This document shows positions 13,006 to 32,460 of a stretch of 64,000 nucleotides of DNA, piece by piece. The stretch is taken from NCBI RefSeq assembly GCF_009914755.1, contig NC_060936.1; one strand, 5' to 3'. Made by a program: the position numbers and the translations under genes. Within the stretch, counting starts at the first letter, position 1; every line of letters starts with the position of its first letter. The stretch comes from the human T2T-CHM13v2.0 reference genome, Homo sapiens. Under the pieces are notes generated by a model. That model was not told where the DNA came from. It saw only the letters and a list, made by a program, of their open reading frames with translations, and did no database searches.

Positions 13006-14225
13006 GTAGTCACGTGCTTTAAATTCCAGTTTGTGGAGGGGCAGGGTGGCCCACCAAGCAGTGCTTGGCGTGTGCGTATGTGTGTGTCCTCAGCCTTGTT
13101 TTCGTCATCTTGGAGCAAGTCTCTTGGCCCCTCTGGACTTGGTTTTCTCCTGGATCTATCGGGGATCCTCACAAAGCTTGTCCTGCCTTTCTGCTGGGGT
13201 CGCTGCAGGGCTTGGTTAAGACACTTGTGTGAAGGAACCTTGTGACTTGTAGCATGTGGCAGGGAAAGCCAGGTGTGACTCTGAAGGTGGATTTTCCAGG
13301 ACTTGTTGGCAGAGCCATTGGGAGCCTGGGACTGTGGGAAAGGCTGCCTGTTCTTTCAGAGGCTTTTCTTGTCTGTTTTCTGGAAGTTTCCATGTTGTGG
13401 CCCAGGGTGTTAAACAGCAGTGGCTTGGGGCCACTTGCTGGTTGCGTAGCCTTGGGCCAGTCACTTACCCTGTCCATGCCTTGGCTCTCCAGTCTGTAAA
13501 ATGGTACAATAATGTAGTACCTGCTAGAGCTGTGGTGAGCATTCAATAAATGTGGTCATGCAAGAGGAACCCTTAGAACCATGCTTGGCACTCAGTAAGT
13601 GCCAGCTAACTGTTACTATCGCCACCTCTGCTTCCTCAGTGTTGTCACTCCCGTCTGCTCTTTCCCACGCTGCTGCCATACTAGGAGCCTGCAGACCAGT
13701 GAGCAGCACCGGCTGGAAGGCCAGCTGGCCTATGCGGGCCTCCGCTGCCATGTTTGCAGAGGGTTGAGCTATGCGGCAGGCAGTCAATATTTGCTGCAGT
13801 GAGGTGTGGTTATTGCCTTTCTGTGAAGGAAACGCAGGGCATGGCAGGTCCCTCTGCTCTTCCCCCTCAGGGACACCTGGGGCTGCCCCTCTGCTCTCCC
13901 TCACCCCCACAGTGACCACCGGGTTGGGAGAGGTGCTCAGGATTGCATCCTACACAGAGAGGTGGGGACCCCGGCTTTGGCAGTTTCAGCATTTCAGCCC
14001 TCATGCGGACTCCTTCAGCGTTCTTGATGTTAAATGCGCAGATACACAGTGGTCTAGTATTCTTTCTCTTTTTCTTTTAATTGATGAAGCTTCATTTAAA
14101 AAAAATTTTTAAAAAGGTCCATTTTCTTCCCCACAGAGAGCAGCTTTGGTTTTATTGCCTGAAAAAGGCAATGTCTTTCAGCCAAGAATGAGCTGTTTAA
14201 AACATTTGTCAGCAGTGGGAGGCTG

Positions 14226-15022
<797 letters not shown>

Positions 15023-16371
15023 TTAATAAGAAGCAAGAGTTTGTGCTGGGCAGAGTGAAGGCTGCGATGGGACAGGATGCAGGTCTGCTAAATCTTGCAG
15101 CAGATGAGCAGAAGGGAAGAACACACTTGCTTCCCTAAAGCACAGTCTGCAAACACAAGAAAGCTCGCCCTGTTCCTGGACCGGGAGCCGTGCTTTGCCC
15201 CCCACTGTTTGTGTTGGCTCTGCTGAGTGCAGCCATGCAAGCTGTTGCTGGCCAGGGCAGGGAGGCCATAGCTGGCCGGGATGACGTGGCTAGAGCTGGT
15301 CAGGGTGGAATATTTTCTGACTGCACAGATAAAGCCCAAGAACGGGACAGCTGGGGCTCATCTGAAGGGTGGGGTCAGTCCTGACTTGACTGCCATGCTG
15401 GGCCCAGGCTGTGGATCCAGGAGGGTGGGACATAATACAGCCTGTTGTTGGCCAGATGGTCTGGGGTGAAACTGCAATTCAGAGCCTCTTATATACCTCC
15501 ACTGAGGCTGAAGACAGCAGCCAGGGCGGGCCTAGCGCCAGGGCGTGGGTCCTGGGCAACAGGGTGGGATCAGGGCTGCTGGATTTGGACACAAGGTGGG
15601 CCTTGGAGAGATGCCCTATCCACCAAGTGCTTCACTGCAGGGGCCCCTTGGCCGGCCAGCCTGGCTGTGGGTGGGGTGGCAGCCAGCAGCGGGGCAGGGA
15701 CCATGCCTCTTGGCAATGGCTGGGCTTCCTCATGCCCAGCTCGGCCCCAGGGCCAGATGTGCAAGCAGCCTGCTGATTCCGCTTGGGAAGGTCCCCTCCT
15801 TCCTGGTCACAGGCGCTTCTCAACTGCCCTAGTTCCAACCTTGTATCCCTCCCACTCCATCTCCTTCTAGGCCCATCTGTGGGTTCCTGCCAGAAGTCCC
15901 TTTAGAAAACCCAGGGCTGGTTGTTTGCAGGCCCCAAATTCCAGGCCTTTGGGAGACTCAGCCTCCCTGGCTTTGTGCCGGGGCATCTGGCCTGGTCCCA
16001 GCTTCCCTCTGCGCATCTCCTACCTGCCGTGTTTGGTCCCAGCAGAAAAACCCCCATTCCACTACCCCGGTCTTTCCATGATCACTCCCGTTTGCATGGG
16101 CCCCCGTACTTCTCAGCACTCTCTGCACACTTGCAATGAATGGGTCACACAGCAAGGTGGTTATGTGTGTGATGGTGGTGGTGTTGCTTTGAGGGCCTGC
16201 TGTGTGCACTGTTCTAGACCAGGAGATTCCACAGTAAACTAGACCAGCCCGTAGGGCTTGTTTTCCAATGGGGAGTAATTAACAACAAAAAAGACACCAG
16301 CTACTTGGGAGGCTGAGGTGGGAGGATTACTTGAGAACAGAAGTTCAGTACCAACCTGGGCAACATTGTGA

Positions 16372-16518
<147 letters not shown>

Positions 16519-16889
16519 TGAGTACCTGGGATTACAGGCGCCCACCACCATGCCCAGCTAATTTTGTATTTTTAGTAGAGACAGGGTTTCACTGCGTTGG
16601 CCAGGCTGGTCTCAAAATGCCTGACCTCATGATCCACTTGCCTCGGCCTCCCAAAGTGCTGGGATTACAGGCGTGAGCCACTGAGCCCGGCCGTGAGACC
16701 CCATCTTAAAAAATAATTAAAAAGGCCTCCCAAGTAGCTGGGACTACAGGCGCCTGCCACCACGCCCGGCTAATTTTTGGTGTTTTTAGTAGAGACGGGG
16801 TTTCACCGTGTTAGCCAGGATGGTCTCGATCTCCTGACCTTGTGATCCGCCCGCCTCGGCCTCCCAAAGTGCTGGGATTACAGGCGTGA

Positions 16890-17210
<321 letters not shown>

Positions 17211-17649
17211 TGAGCCACCGCGCCTGGCCAATAATTTTAATTTTATAGAAAAGTTGCAAAGATAATACAGAGAGTTCCCCAGACTCCTTACCCATCTTCT
17301 CTCACTTAAGTTACTCTGGTGAATTTGTCACAGCTAAGTAACAACCAACATTGGTATATTACTGTTGGTTGAAGTTTTTTTTTTGTTTTTTGTTTTTTGT
17401 TTTGAGACAAGGTCTCACTCTGTTGCCCAGGCTGGAGTACAGTGGCATGATTATGGCTTACTAACCTCCGCCTCCTGGCCTGAGACTCCCAAGTAGCTTG
17501 GATTACAGGTGTGCACCACTATGCCCGGCTGATTTTTGTATTTTTAGTAGAGACAGGGTTTCGTCATGTTGGCCAGGCTGGTCTCGAACTCCTGACCTCA
17601 GGTGATCCACCTGCCTTGGCCTCCCAAACTGCTGGGATTACAGGCATGA

Positions 17650-17925
<276 letters not shown>

Positions 17926-18031
17926 TAGCCAGGATGGTCTCGATCTCCTGACTTCGTGATCTGCCCGCCTCGGCCTCCCAAAGTGCTGGGATTACAGGTG
18001 TATATCTTTCTTTTTTTTTTAACCTTCTTGA

Positions 18032-18277
<246 letters not shown>

Positions 18278-19325
18278 TGAGTAGCCGGGATTACAGGTGT
18301 GTGCCACCACGCCCAGCTAATTTTTGTGTTTTTAGTAGAGACGGGGTTTCGCCATGTTGGCCAGGCTGGTCTCAAACTCGTAACCTCAAGTGATCCACCC
18401 ACCTCAGCCTCCCAAAGTGCTGGGATGACAGACGTGAGCCACCATGCCTGGTCATGTTTTCTGTTTTTTTTTAAGACAGGGTCTCACTCTGTTGCCCAGG
18501 CAGGAGTGCAGTGTCACAGTCATGGCTCACTGCAGCCTCAACCTCCTGGGCTCCAGCAATCCTCCTCCTTCCTCAGCCTCTAGAGTAGCTGGGACCAAAG
18601 GTGTACGCCACCACACCTAGCTTATTTATTTTTTGTAGGGACAGGGTCTGGATCTGTTGCTTAGGCTGGTCTCTAACTCCTGTCCTTAAGCGATCCTTCC
18701 TCCTGGCTTTCCTGAAGTGTTGGGATTACAGGAGAGAGCCACTGCCCCTGGCCTCATTTACATTTTAAAAGACCCCTCTGGCTACCTTGTGGAGAACTGA
18801 GTGTTCCCTGGGGTCAGAGTGAAAGCCTGGTGACTAGCAAGGGGGCCGGAGCGGGGCCGGGGCCGTGGCTGGGCTGCAGGGCCGCAGTGGGAATGGAGAT
18901 GGAGAGGAGGTGGCAGGATTTGGGACTGTCCTTGAGGTTACTCATTCACCATTGTTCCCAGCACAGACTGCAGCGCCTGGCACATTGCAGGTGTGGATTG
19001 AGTGCCTGGAAAAGCTGCAAGCTGGTTTGGGCCTCTGTGTAGGGGGAATGGGCTGAGCTCAGCAGTTGGTGTCAGGCTCCTGACACGTGCCATCTGGTTT
19101 GGTGAAAGTCTATGCCGTCAAGACATGCTGGTTTGGGGTGAGCCACACTGGTTTGGAGCTTCCGATCTGTCTTCATTTGGTTCCCTTTTGCTCTGTAGTA
19201 TCTGTGCAGTGGCAGAGCAGTAGAACCCAGGGTTAGGGATGGAGGTAGGTGCAGGAGGGGTGGCCTTAGAGGAGAGGTGGATCCAGGGGTGCCCCCTCCC
19301 AGTTCTCTGTTCAGGTCTGTATTGA

Positions 19326-19703
<378 letters not shown>

Positions 19704-20144
19704 TGACCTTACGATCCGCCCGCCTCGGCCTCCCGAAGTGTTGCGATTACAGGCGTGAGCCACCGCGCCTGGCCCACTGTACCTGATTTTCTGTGAAGTC
19801 AGAGGCCTGATTTTCAGGTGTGGGCAAGTTGGACATTTTTTAACGTGCTGCATGGGCAACAGAACATATCTACGAGCCCCATTCTGTTCTTGGGTCCCCA
19901 CTGTTTCCCTCCTGATCCAGTTGAACCCCAGGTGACAGATCTTCCACAACAGATGGGTGATGAGAAAAGGAGGGATACTTGGGGGCTTTGCCATCACTGG
20001 GGACCCATCATCCCCAGTGATGCCAAATGAGGCCGATTGTGGCCCGGTGGGCATGGCCTGGGCAATCAGGGCTCAAGACCATCAAGCTACGCACGATGGG
20101 CCTAGGAGAAGATACTGATGCTGTTTTTCTTTCTCTCTGCCCAG

Positions 20145-20204
20145 TCTGAAGAAAGGAAAAGAATAGATGAATTGATTGAAAGTGGGAAGGAAGAAGGAAT
20201 GAAG
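20145..20204 (+). CDS. KMT5A: KMT5A coding exon 6 (SEERKRIDELIESGKEEGMK)
   Basis: Pyrimidine tract + ccag; AAG|gtaagg donor; 60 nt. Confidence 0.96.
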
Positions 20205-21455
20205 GTAAGGGGCTGCTGTGCTTGCTGCATCATAGCTAAAGCTGGAAGAGCTCACCTTCCCTGGTCCCGTGGCTGAGAGTGGCCACCATGTGGCTTTCAC
20301 CCTCTAATGGCCATGGTGACCAGGCAGACTCTATTAGGTTGTCAAAGAGCCAAATACCAAAAGTTGTTAAGGAAATGTCTTATGAAGGAAACATAAATGG
20401 GCTTTGTATATAAATGTTATCCAGGGGAAGCTTTTCTTAGAAATTGTGGTTAAACAATTCAGTGGCTTTTTGTACATTCACAATGCAATGCAACCATTAT
20501 CCCTGTCTAATTTCAGAATTTTTTCATCCTCCCAAATGGAAACCCTTACCCATTACTTACCACTGCCCACCATCCCCACCTCTCCCCTGCCCAGCCCCTG
20601 GCAGCCACTCAGCTGCTTTCTGTCTCAGTGGAGTTGCTCTTCTGGGCACTTCATATAAATCGGATTATACAATATGTAGCTGATGCCCAGGGAAACTTTT
20701 AAAAGGAGAAACTAATACATTTTTAAACTGTTTTCCTAGATAATGACAATGCCCAAGAAATGTGCTTTTCTCTTACTGTATTTCAACCACACTCAGTTTG
20801 GGCGAGAGGAGAAGTACTCTCTACAGTGGGGTTCAGATGGGCCTAGACTAGGGCTCCGGGTTCAGAAAGCTTCCACTTCCACCCACCACCTAGGGGGATT
20901 CCGGCTTAAGTCCTGGGCCCCTCCAGCAACCCCATTCAACTCCATGTAGAATAGAGTGAGGAGACACAGGAGAGAAATCGTGGAATGAGGTAGAGACCCA
21001 GAACACTGGGCCTGCTGTTTGCCTAGGAAGGCATAGCGCATAGCCCCTAGACAGAGAAACCAGGTGTGTGGATTTGAGCTGTGTCACTGTCTAGCTGTGT
21101 GGCCTCAGACACGTGGTTGTGCCTCTTTAAGCCTCAGTTTCCTCATCTACAAAATGGGGCAGTCTCCACCTAGCAGATCTCTCACGAGCTCTGATGTAAC
21201 TGCTTTGCAGATGAGCACCAAGGAACCACGTTTGTGGAGTGAGGGAACGTTCTAGAGCTGGCCTGTAGTGACGGTTGCACAGCTGTATACACTTCATAAA
21301 ACCCATCAGCCTGTACATGTAAAGTGAGTGAATTTTATGACATGGCTCAGTACAGCTGTTAAAGACTGGGGTAAGCCCCAGCTCCCCGGAGACCTGCTGT
21401 GCACAGTGGCATCCATTGCTATTATGAACCAACACCCTCTCTTATCACCTGACAG

Positions 21456-21646
21456 ATTGACCTCATCGATGGCAAAGGCAGGGGTGTGATTGCCACCAAG
21501 CAGTTCTCCCGGGGTGACTTTGTGGTGGAATACCACGGGGACCTCATCGAGATCACCGACGCCAAGAAACGGGAGGCTCTGTACGCACAGGACCCTTCCA
21601 CGGGCTGCTACATGTACTATTTTCAGTATCTGAGCAAAACCTACTG
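21456..21646 (+). CDS. KMT5A: KMT5A coding exon 7 (SET domain N-part: IDLIDGKGRGVIATKQF...YLSKTY)
   Basis: gacag acceptor; TG|gtgagt donor; 191 nt; SET GxG motif KGRGV. Confidence 0.97.
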
Positions 21647-21902
21647 GTGAGTCCACTGTTGCTTAGAGTGGCTTTTCTGTCCTCTGGGCAGTGAGGAGAG
21701 GCCAAAGGGCCAGGAACTCCTGATTCTGTTTGGTGGCCAGTCTTTTGGTTTTGTTGTTGTTGACTTTTTTTTTTTTATTTTTTGAGATGGAGTCTTGCTC
21801 TGTTGCCCAGGCTGGAGTGCAGTGGTGTGATCTCGGCTCATTGCAACCTCCTCTCAGGCTCAAAGAATTCTCCTCCCTCAGCCTCCAGAGTAGCCCAGCT
21901 AA

Positions 21903-22512
<610 letters not shown>

Positions 22513-22868
22513 TGAGTAGCTGGGACTACACACACATGCCACCATGCCTGGCTAATTTTTTGTATTTTTAGTAGAGATGGAGTTTCACTGTGTTAGCCAG
22601 GATGGTCTCAATCTCCTAACCTTGTGACCTGCCCACCTTGGCCTCCCAAAGTGCTGGGATTACAGGCATGAGCCACTGTGGCCCCAGCTTCCCATTTTTA
22701 ATCTTTGGAATTGGAGCTGTCCTGGATGTTATCTCATCCAAGGGGAGAAGTGGGCTAGTCACATGAAAACCTGTTAAGCAGCTCACCTGGCTCTCCTTCA
22801 GGGCATTTGGCCAGAGCAGCTCTGGAAATCACTAATTGATCTTGCCTGGCTAGGACCAGTGGAGTTGA

Positions 22869-23186
<318 letters not shown>

Positions 23187-23467
23187 TGATTTTTTTAATC
23201 CATTTATTTTGTGAAACTCTACCATTTCCTCCTGTGCCTCCATAAAGAGCCCTTTGGGTCCTACCCCATCCCCCCACCCAGGGCCTGTGCAGGCTCTCAA
23301 AAATAGCTTTGTGGGCCAGGCGTGGTAGCTCATGCCTGTGATCCCAGCACTTTGGGTGGCCGAGGTGGATGGATCATGAAGGTCAGGAGCTCCAGACCAA
23401 CATGGCAAAACCCCATCTCTACTAAAAATACAAAAAAATTAGCCTGGCATGGTGGCACACGCTTCTA

Positions 23468-23662
<195 letters not shown>

Positions 23663-23687
23663 TCAGGAGGCCAAGGCCAGAGGATCA

Positions 23688-23904
<217 letters not shown>

Positions 23905-24061
23905 CTAAAAAGGAAAAAGAAAATAGCTTTATGAATTGAATCTTTTCAAAACACATGGCTTTAAATCAGCATCCCACCAGAGCTGAGCACAAGTGTGACT
24001 CTCTTCAGGTTGAAAAGCCTCTTTATCCATTTAATCCTCTCTGGCCCTCCTTCCCCTCCAG

Positions 24062-24272
24062 CGTGGATGCAACTAGAGAGACAAATCGCCTAGGAAGACT
24101 GATCAATCACAGCAAATGTGGGAACTGCCAAACCAAACTGCACGACATCGACGGCGTACCTCACCTCATCCTCATCGCCTCCCGAGACATCGCGGCTGGG
24201 GAGGAGCTCCTGTATGACTATGGGGACCGCAGCAAGGCTTCCATTGAAGCCCACCCGTGGCTGAAGCATTAA
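24062..24272 (+). CDS. KMT5A: KMT5A coding exon 8 (SET C-part: RLINHS...EELLYDYG...HPWLKH*)
   Basis: ctccag acceptor; SET signatures RLINHS and ELLYDY; TAA stop. Exons sum to 1059 nt = 352 aa + stop. Confidence 0.98.
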
Positions 24273-25900
24273 CCGGTGGGCCCCGTGCCCTCCCCGCCCC
24301 ACTTTCCCTTCTTCAAAGGACAAAGTGCCCTCAAAGGGAATTGAATTTTTTTTTTACACACTTAATCTTAGCGGATTACTTCAGATGTTTTTAAAAAGTA
24401 TATTAAGATGCCTTTTCACTGTAGTATTTAAATATCTGTTACAGGTTTCCAAGGTGGACTTGAACAGATGGCCTTATATTACCAAAACTTTTATATTCTA
24501 GTTGTTTTTGTACTTTTTTTGCATACAAGCCGAACGTTTGTGCTTCCCGTGCATGCAGTCAAAGACTCAGCACAGGTTTTAGAGGAAATAGTCAAACATG
24601 AACTAGGAAGCCAGGTGAGTCTCCTTTCTCCAGTGGAAGAGCCGGGACCTTCCCCCTGCACCCCCGACATCCAGGGACGGGGTGTGAGGAAGACGCTGCC
24701 TCCCAATGGCCTGGACGGGATGTTTCCAAGCTCTTGTTCCCCTAACGTCTCAACAGGCGCTCACTGAAGTGTATGAATATTTTTTAAAAAGGTTTTTGCA
24801 GTAAGCTAGTCTTCCCCTCTGCTTTCTCGAAAGCTTACTGAGCCCTGGGCCCCAAGCACGGGCCGGGCATAGATTTCCTCTTCCACAAGCTGCCGCTTTT
24901 CTGGGCACCTTGAAGCATCAGGGCGTGAAATCAAACTAGATGTGGGCAGGGAGAGGGTTGCTTACCTGCCCTGCTGGGGCAGGGTTTCCTGAAACTGGGT
25001 TAATTCTTTATAGAAATGTGAACACTGAATTTATTTTAAAAAATAATAATAAAAATTTAAAAAAATTAAAAATAAAAAAAACCACAGAAAACAACTTTAC
25101 ATGTATATAGGTCTTGAAGTGAGTGAAGTGGCTGCTTTTTTTTTTTTTTTTTTTTGCTTTTTTTTGCTTTTTGTAGAAGAGATTGAGAATGGTACTCTAA
25201 TCAAAAATAAAGTTTTGTAGTGGGACCAGAAATTACTTACCTGACATCCACCCCCATTCCCCCTCATCCTGCTGGGGTTGAAAGTTCCAGACCTGCTGTC
25301 GAGGCCTTGTGTTTGTCAGACACCCAGTGTCCTCCTGCAAGGACGCAACTGTGAGCTGAGGTGTGAGCCTAGGAGCCCAGGACCCCTGACCCCGGCCGCT
25401 GCTGCCAGCCTCAGAAAGGCACCCAGGTGTGCAGGGGAGCACACAGGGCCCGGCAGCCCCCAGGAATCAAGGATAGGGCTAAGGTTTTCACCTTAACTGT
25501 GAAGGCAGGAGGAATAGGTGACTGCTTCCTCCCGCCCTTCACAGAACTGATTCTCACACACTGTCCCTTCAGTCCAGGGGGCCGGGGCTCAGGAGCCATG
25601 ACCTGGTGTCTCCTGCCCACCCTGGTCCCAGGTAAATGTGAATGGAGACAGGTATGAGAGGCTGTCCTCGTCTTTGATTCCCCCCCAACCCCACCTCGGG
25701 CCTCACGACGGTGCTACCTAAGAAAGTCTTCCCTCCCACCCCCCGCTAGCCTGGTCAGTGGTCAGCAAATTGGAAGAGGATCCGATGGGAGTGTAAATGT
25801 GAGACACAATGTCTTGATTATACCTGTTTGTGGTTTAGCTTTGTATTTAAACAAGGAAATAAACTTGAAAATTATTTGTCATCATAAAAATGAAACAAAT
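24273..25900 (+). other. KMT5A: KMT5A 3' UTR
   Basis: Alu-free unique sequence after the stop codon; AATAAA at 25206-25211 and 25858-25863, ATTAAA at ~25899. End approximate. Confidence 0.8.
25858..25863 (+). terminator. KMT5A: Distal polyadenylation signal of KMT5A
   Basis: AATAAA with upstream TGTA elements and a GT/T-rich stretch at ~25929-25950. Confidence 0.7.
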
Positions 25901-26249
25901 TAAAATATTTATTGCCAGGCAAGGCCACGTGTGTGTCTTTCTGTTTTTACAATTTGACTGTGTCACACCAGCATGTCTAAGCTTTGGTAAGCATCCTCCT
26001 GGGGAACCAGAAAAGCTTACTGACGTGATTTTGAGCGTGTTTCCCAGAACTCTGAGCTCTTTCGTTTCCTCATCTGTATACTGGGGACCATAGGGTATGT
26101 GAAGATTAAAAGTTAATGCTTTTTTTTTTTTTTTTGAGACAGTCTCTGTTACCTAGGCTGGAGTTCAGTGGGGCAGTCTCAGCTCACTGCAACCTCCAAC
26201 CTCCACCTCCTTGGTTCAAGCAATTCTCGTACCTTGGCTACCTGAATAG

Positions 26250-26474
<225 letters not shown>

Positions 26475-26530
26475 TAGTAGAGACGGTCTTTCACCATGTT
26501 GACCAGGCTGGTTTCGAACTCCTGACCTCA

Positions 26531-26635
<105 letters not shown>

Positions 26636-28658
26636 TCAAACTCCTGACCTTAATGATCCACCCGCCTCGGCCTCCCAAAATGCTGGGATTATAGGCATGA
26701 GCCACCACGCCCAGCTTAAAAGTTAATGCATTTTGAGCCTTAGAACAATGGCACATAGTAAGCATCATAAACTTTAGCTGATGTAATTGTCATTGCGACT
26801 TATAATTTACTAGACTTGATGATTCTCAGGAGGCTCTGAATCATCACTGCACCTGTCTTGGGCTGGAAGTCCCTATTACCAGCCCAGATCCCTGTCCCCT
26901 CCATGCTTGGGCACTGGTGGTAGATTGGAACAGTGAGTAGAGCCCTTGGCTTAGATGCAAAAGATCCAGTTCCAGCATCAGTTTTAAGTGTTTGTCAGCC
27001 GTGTGACATTGGTCAAGTCACTTCCCCTCTCTGAAACTTGTCTCAAATAGGGATAATCTCTGCCCACTTGACTTGCCTCCTCCCCCAAAGATTCAGGCAT
27101 CAGTATTATAGCTTCACCTTGGAGGGGACATGTGGCTGCTGGAACAGAACCTCTGCTTCCAATCCACTGCTGTGTAACTTGGGCAGGTACGTAGTCTCCT
27201 TGTGCGTCAGTTTCCCTCCCTGTAACATGGAGACAGTAATAATACTTGTACAGGGTGATTGTGAGGATTTAATGAGTTAATACAAAAAAAAAAAAAACAA
27301 CACTTGGAACAGTGCCTTGCACATAGCCTTCAGTAATCAGTATTAGCTATTATTAGAATTAAAAATTTGGCTAGCTTCTATTCAGTGTTTACAAGTACTC
27401 AGGACTAATAGCTAATAAGTGCCTCCAAGTTCTGATATGTAGTTGCTATATTTATTTGTTCATTTTACTTTTTGTAGAGATAGGGTCTCACTATGTTGCC
27501 CAAGCTAGTCTCAAACCCCTGGCCTCAAGCGATCCTCATGCCTCACCCTCCCACAGGGCTGTGATTACAGGCATGCGTGAGCCACTGTGCCTGACTTATT
27601 TTTATTTATTTATTTTTTTTTTTTTTGAGATGGAGTCTTGGTCTGTCTGTCGCCCAGGCTGGAGTGCAGTGGTGCAATCTCAGCTCACTGAAACCTCCAC
27701 CTCCCGGGTTCAAGCGATTCTCCTGCCTCAACCTCCTGAGTAGCTAGGATTACAGGCGTGCATCACCACACCCAGCTAATTTTTGTATTTTTAGTAGAGA
27801 CGAGGTTTCACCATGTTGGCCAGGCTGGTCTCCTGACCTCGTGATCTGCCCATCTCCCAAAGTGCTAGGATTACAGATGTGAGCCACCGCGCCCAGCCCT
27901 ATTTGTTCATTGTAAAAGATGACTGCTGGCCAGGCACGGTAATCCCTGTAATCCCACCACTTTGGGAGGGCGAGGCAGGCGGATTATGAGGTCAGGAGCT
28001 GAGATCCTGCCACTGCACTCCGGCCTGGGCGACAGAGCGAGACTCTGTCTCAAATAAATAAAATAAAAGATGATTGCTACAGCAACCACCTCCTGTGCCT
28101 TCTGAGACTTGGCTTGAAAACCTTTTTTTTTTTTTTTTTTTTTTTGAGACGGAGTCTCATTCTGTCGCCCAGGCTGGAGTGCAGTGGCATGAACTCAGCT
28201 CACTGCAACCTCTGCCATCCAGGTTCAAGCAATTCCCCTGCCTTGGCCTCCTGAATAGCTAATTTTTGTATTTTTAGTAGAGACAGGGTTTCACCTTCTT
28301 GGCCAGGCTGGTCTCGAACTCCTGACCTTGTGATCCACCCACCTCGGCCTCCCAAAGTGCTAGGATTACAAGCATGAGCCACTGCACCCGGCGAAAACCT
28401 ACTTCTGAGCCTGTTCCTCCCCGGTCTAGGTTTGTAGTTGGAATCCTGCAGTGTGAGAACCGCCAGAGCTCAGCTGACGTCACAGCTCTGTTACCTGTTG
28501 TCAAGCTAGGCCCATCTCTAGGAGAATCACCCCAAGGACTTATTTTCCAAAATGCCCACCTGCCAGCATCAGATTTTACCAAGAGTTGCAGTCCAAGCAT
28601 TTCTCACCGTAACTTTTTTTAGTCTCCTGGGGTACCACAGCCACCCAGGCCATCTTAA

Positions 28659-28892
<234 letters not shown>

Positions 28893-29486
28893 TAAAGATA
28901 GGTTCTTACTATGTTGCCTAGGCTGGTCTCGAACTCCTGGGCTCAAGCAATCCTCTCACCTTGGCCTCCAAAAGTGCTGGAATTACAGGCTTGAACCACT
29001 ATGCCTGGCCAGGGTTGCAGTGTTACACAGGGTTCTAGGGATTAGGAGCCCTGATCTAATGATGCTGTTGAGACAGTGTTCTGGACTAGACTCTTAAACA
29101 CTACCAGCTCTTCCTGGAAGGCAGAGTGGTTGAAGCCTGTGTGTGGACTTTGTATCTGGGCTCAAGTCCTGCTTCTACCACTTTCTAGCTGAGGACCTTA
29201 GACAAGACTTTTCACCCATTATGCCTTAACCTCCTTGGGAGGACCCCAAGGACAATAGTGATACCCATCCCACAAAAGTATGTGAGACAGCATCGGAAAG
29301 GTACTTAGAATGATGCAGGCGAGGCATACAGTAAATTATTACTATTATTAGGACTTGCCAGTGACTCTGGACCCATAAAGCTTGGCAGCTCCGCGCCCGG
29401 GCCTTGGAATCAGGCCTGCATTTGCCTCCTGGGCAAGCTGCTTCCTAGCTCCACAGCCAGAGTTTCAGTTTCTAAACCTATAAACT

Positions 29487-31522
<2,036 letters not shown>

Positions 31523-31980
31523 TCTATAAACTGGTGCACCGGTACCGGTCCCCATCTCCCCAGGTTATGAGGAACAAATGAGATAATCCACAGAGCAGGC
31601 GAAACACATTGAGTAAGCCACTGTTATTTACTAAGAAGACAGGCTCACGGAATGGTTGCGGCAGCCTCATTAGTTCCTTTGCGAAGTGCAGACACCCGCT
31701 CTCTGTTTCATTGATTCCTAAATGCATTTTGTTCACATCTTAACACCTCTGAAATCAGGATGAGTCCTAAAATCGATAGCTTCTTAACATTTTAGTTTGC
31801 AGCAATCTTTCCCTTCATAGTGACACCAGATAATCGTGCATCGCTTAGACTGAATGAATGCAATTGATTCATTATACAATGAAATGTAGATATATGACAT
31901 ATACACACATATACCATGTGTACCATCGTAACTAAGAGACCACTCTAGATAAGCTATAGAAAGTATAAAAATCATTTTAC

Positions 31981-31986
31981 TTTAAT
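31981..31986 (-). terminator. RILPL2: Probable RILPL2 polyadenylation signal (ATTAAA)
   Basis: tttaat on + = ATTAAA on -, ~475 nt past the stop codon, in an AT-rich context. Confidence 0.55.
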
Positions 31987-32460
31987 ACAAAATCACATAA
32001 AGAAAGGCATGTTGGCTAAATCAAATATTCACTAAATATCAGTGAAGTCACCACTGGAATCTCAATAGCACATTTTCCTGCTTTCTTTTCTCCCTTCTGC
32101 TAACCATTGAAGACCAGGGTCATCCGTGGGAGCAGATGAGTAGGACACGCGTCTGCACGCTGGAGGCCCTGGGGGTTGACATGGGAGCAGGAAGTGGACC
32201 CCCCCACCCTGCACATCCCTTCTGTTTTTCTTGATTTCAGTCTCACTGGCCCAGGCCAAATCTTCAAGGGTGTCTAGTTCTGCAGCCAGGGAGAAAGTGA
32301 TGCCAAGAGAACCTCGTCTCCTCCCTCCTCAGTCTGCTTTGAAGGGGAAATAAATACACAGGCCTAGTGTGTCTGTGTGGCACAGGGAGGTGGTTTTGCC
32401 AGGCATCTTGGAAGGTTGTCTTCTAGAATCAGAGCCATAGCCTTACTTGTGGCCTTGGAT

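Noticed and set aside
23955-24061. In-frame ATG extension (MALNQHP...) of the last KMT5A exon
   Set aside because: Intronic read-through of the polypyrimidine tract; it would encode only half a SET domain and no promoter is evident.
24468-24767. 99-aa ATG ORF in the KMT5A 3'UTR
   Set aside because: No recognisable homology and a length compatible with chance; ribosome profiling would be needed to support it.
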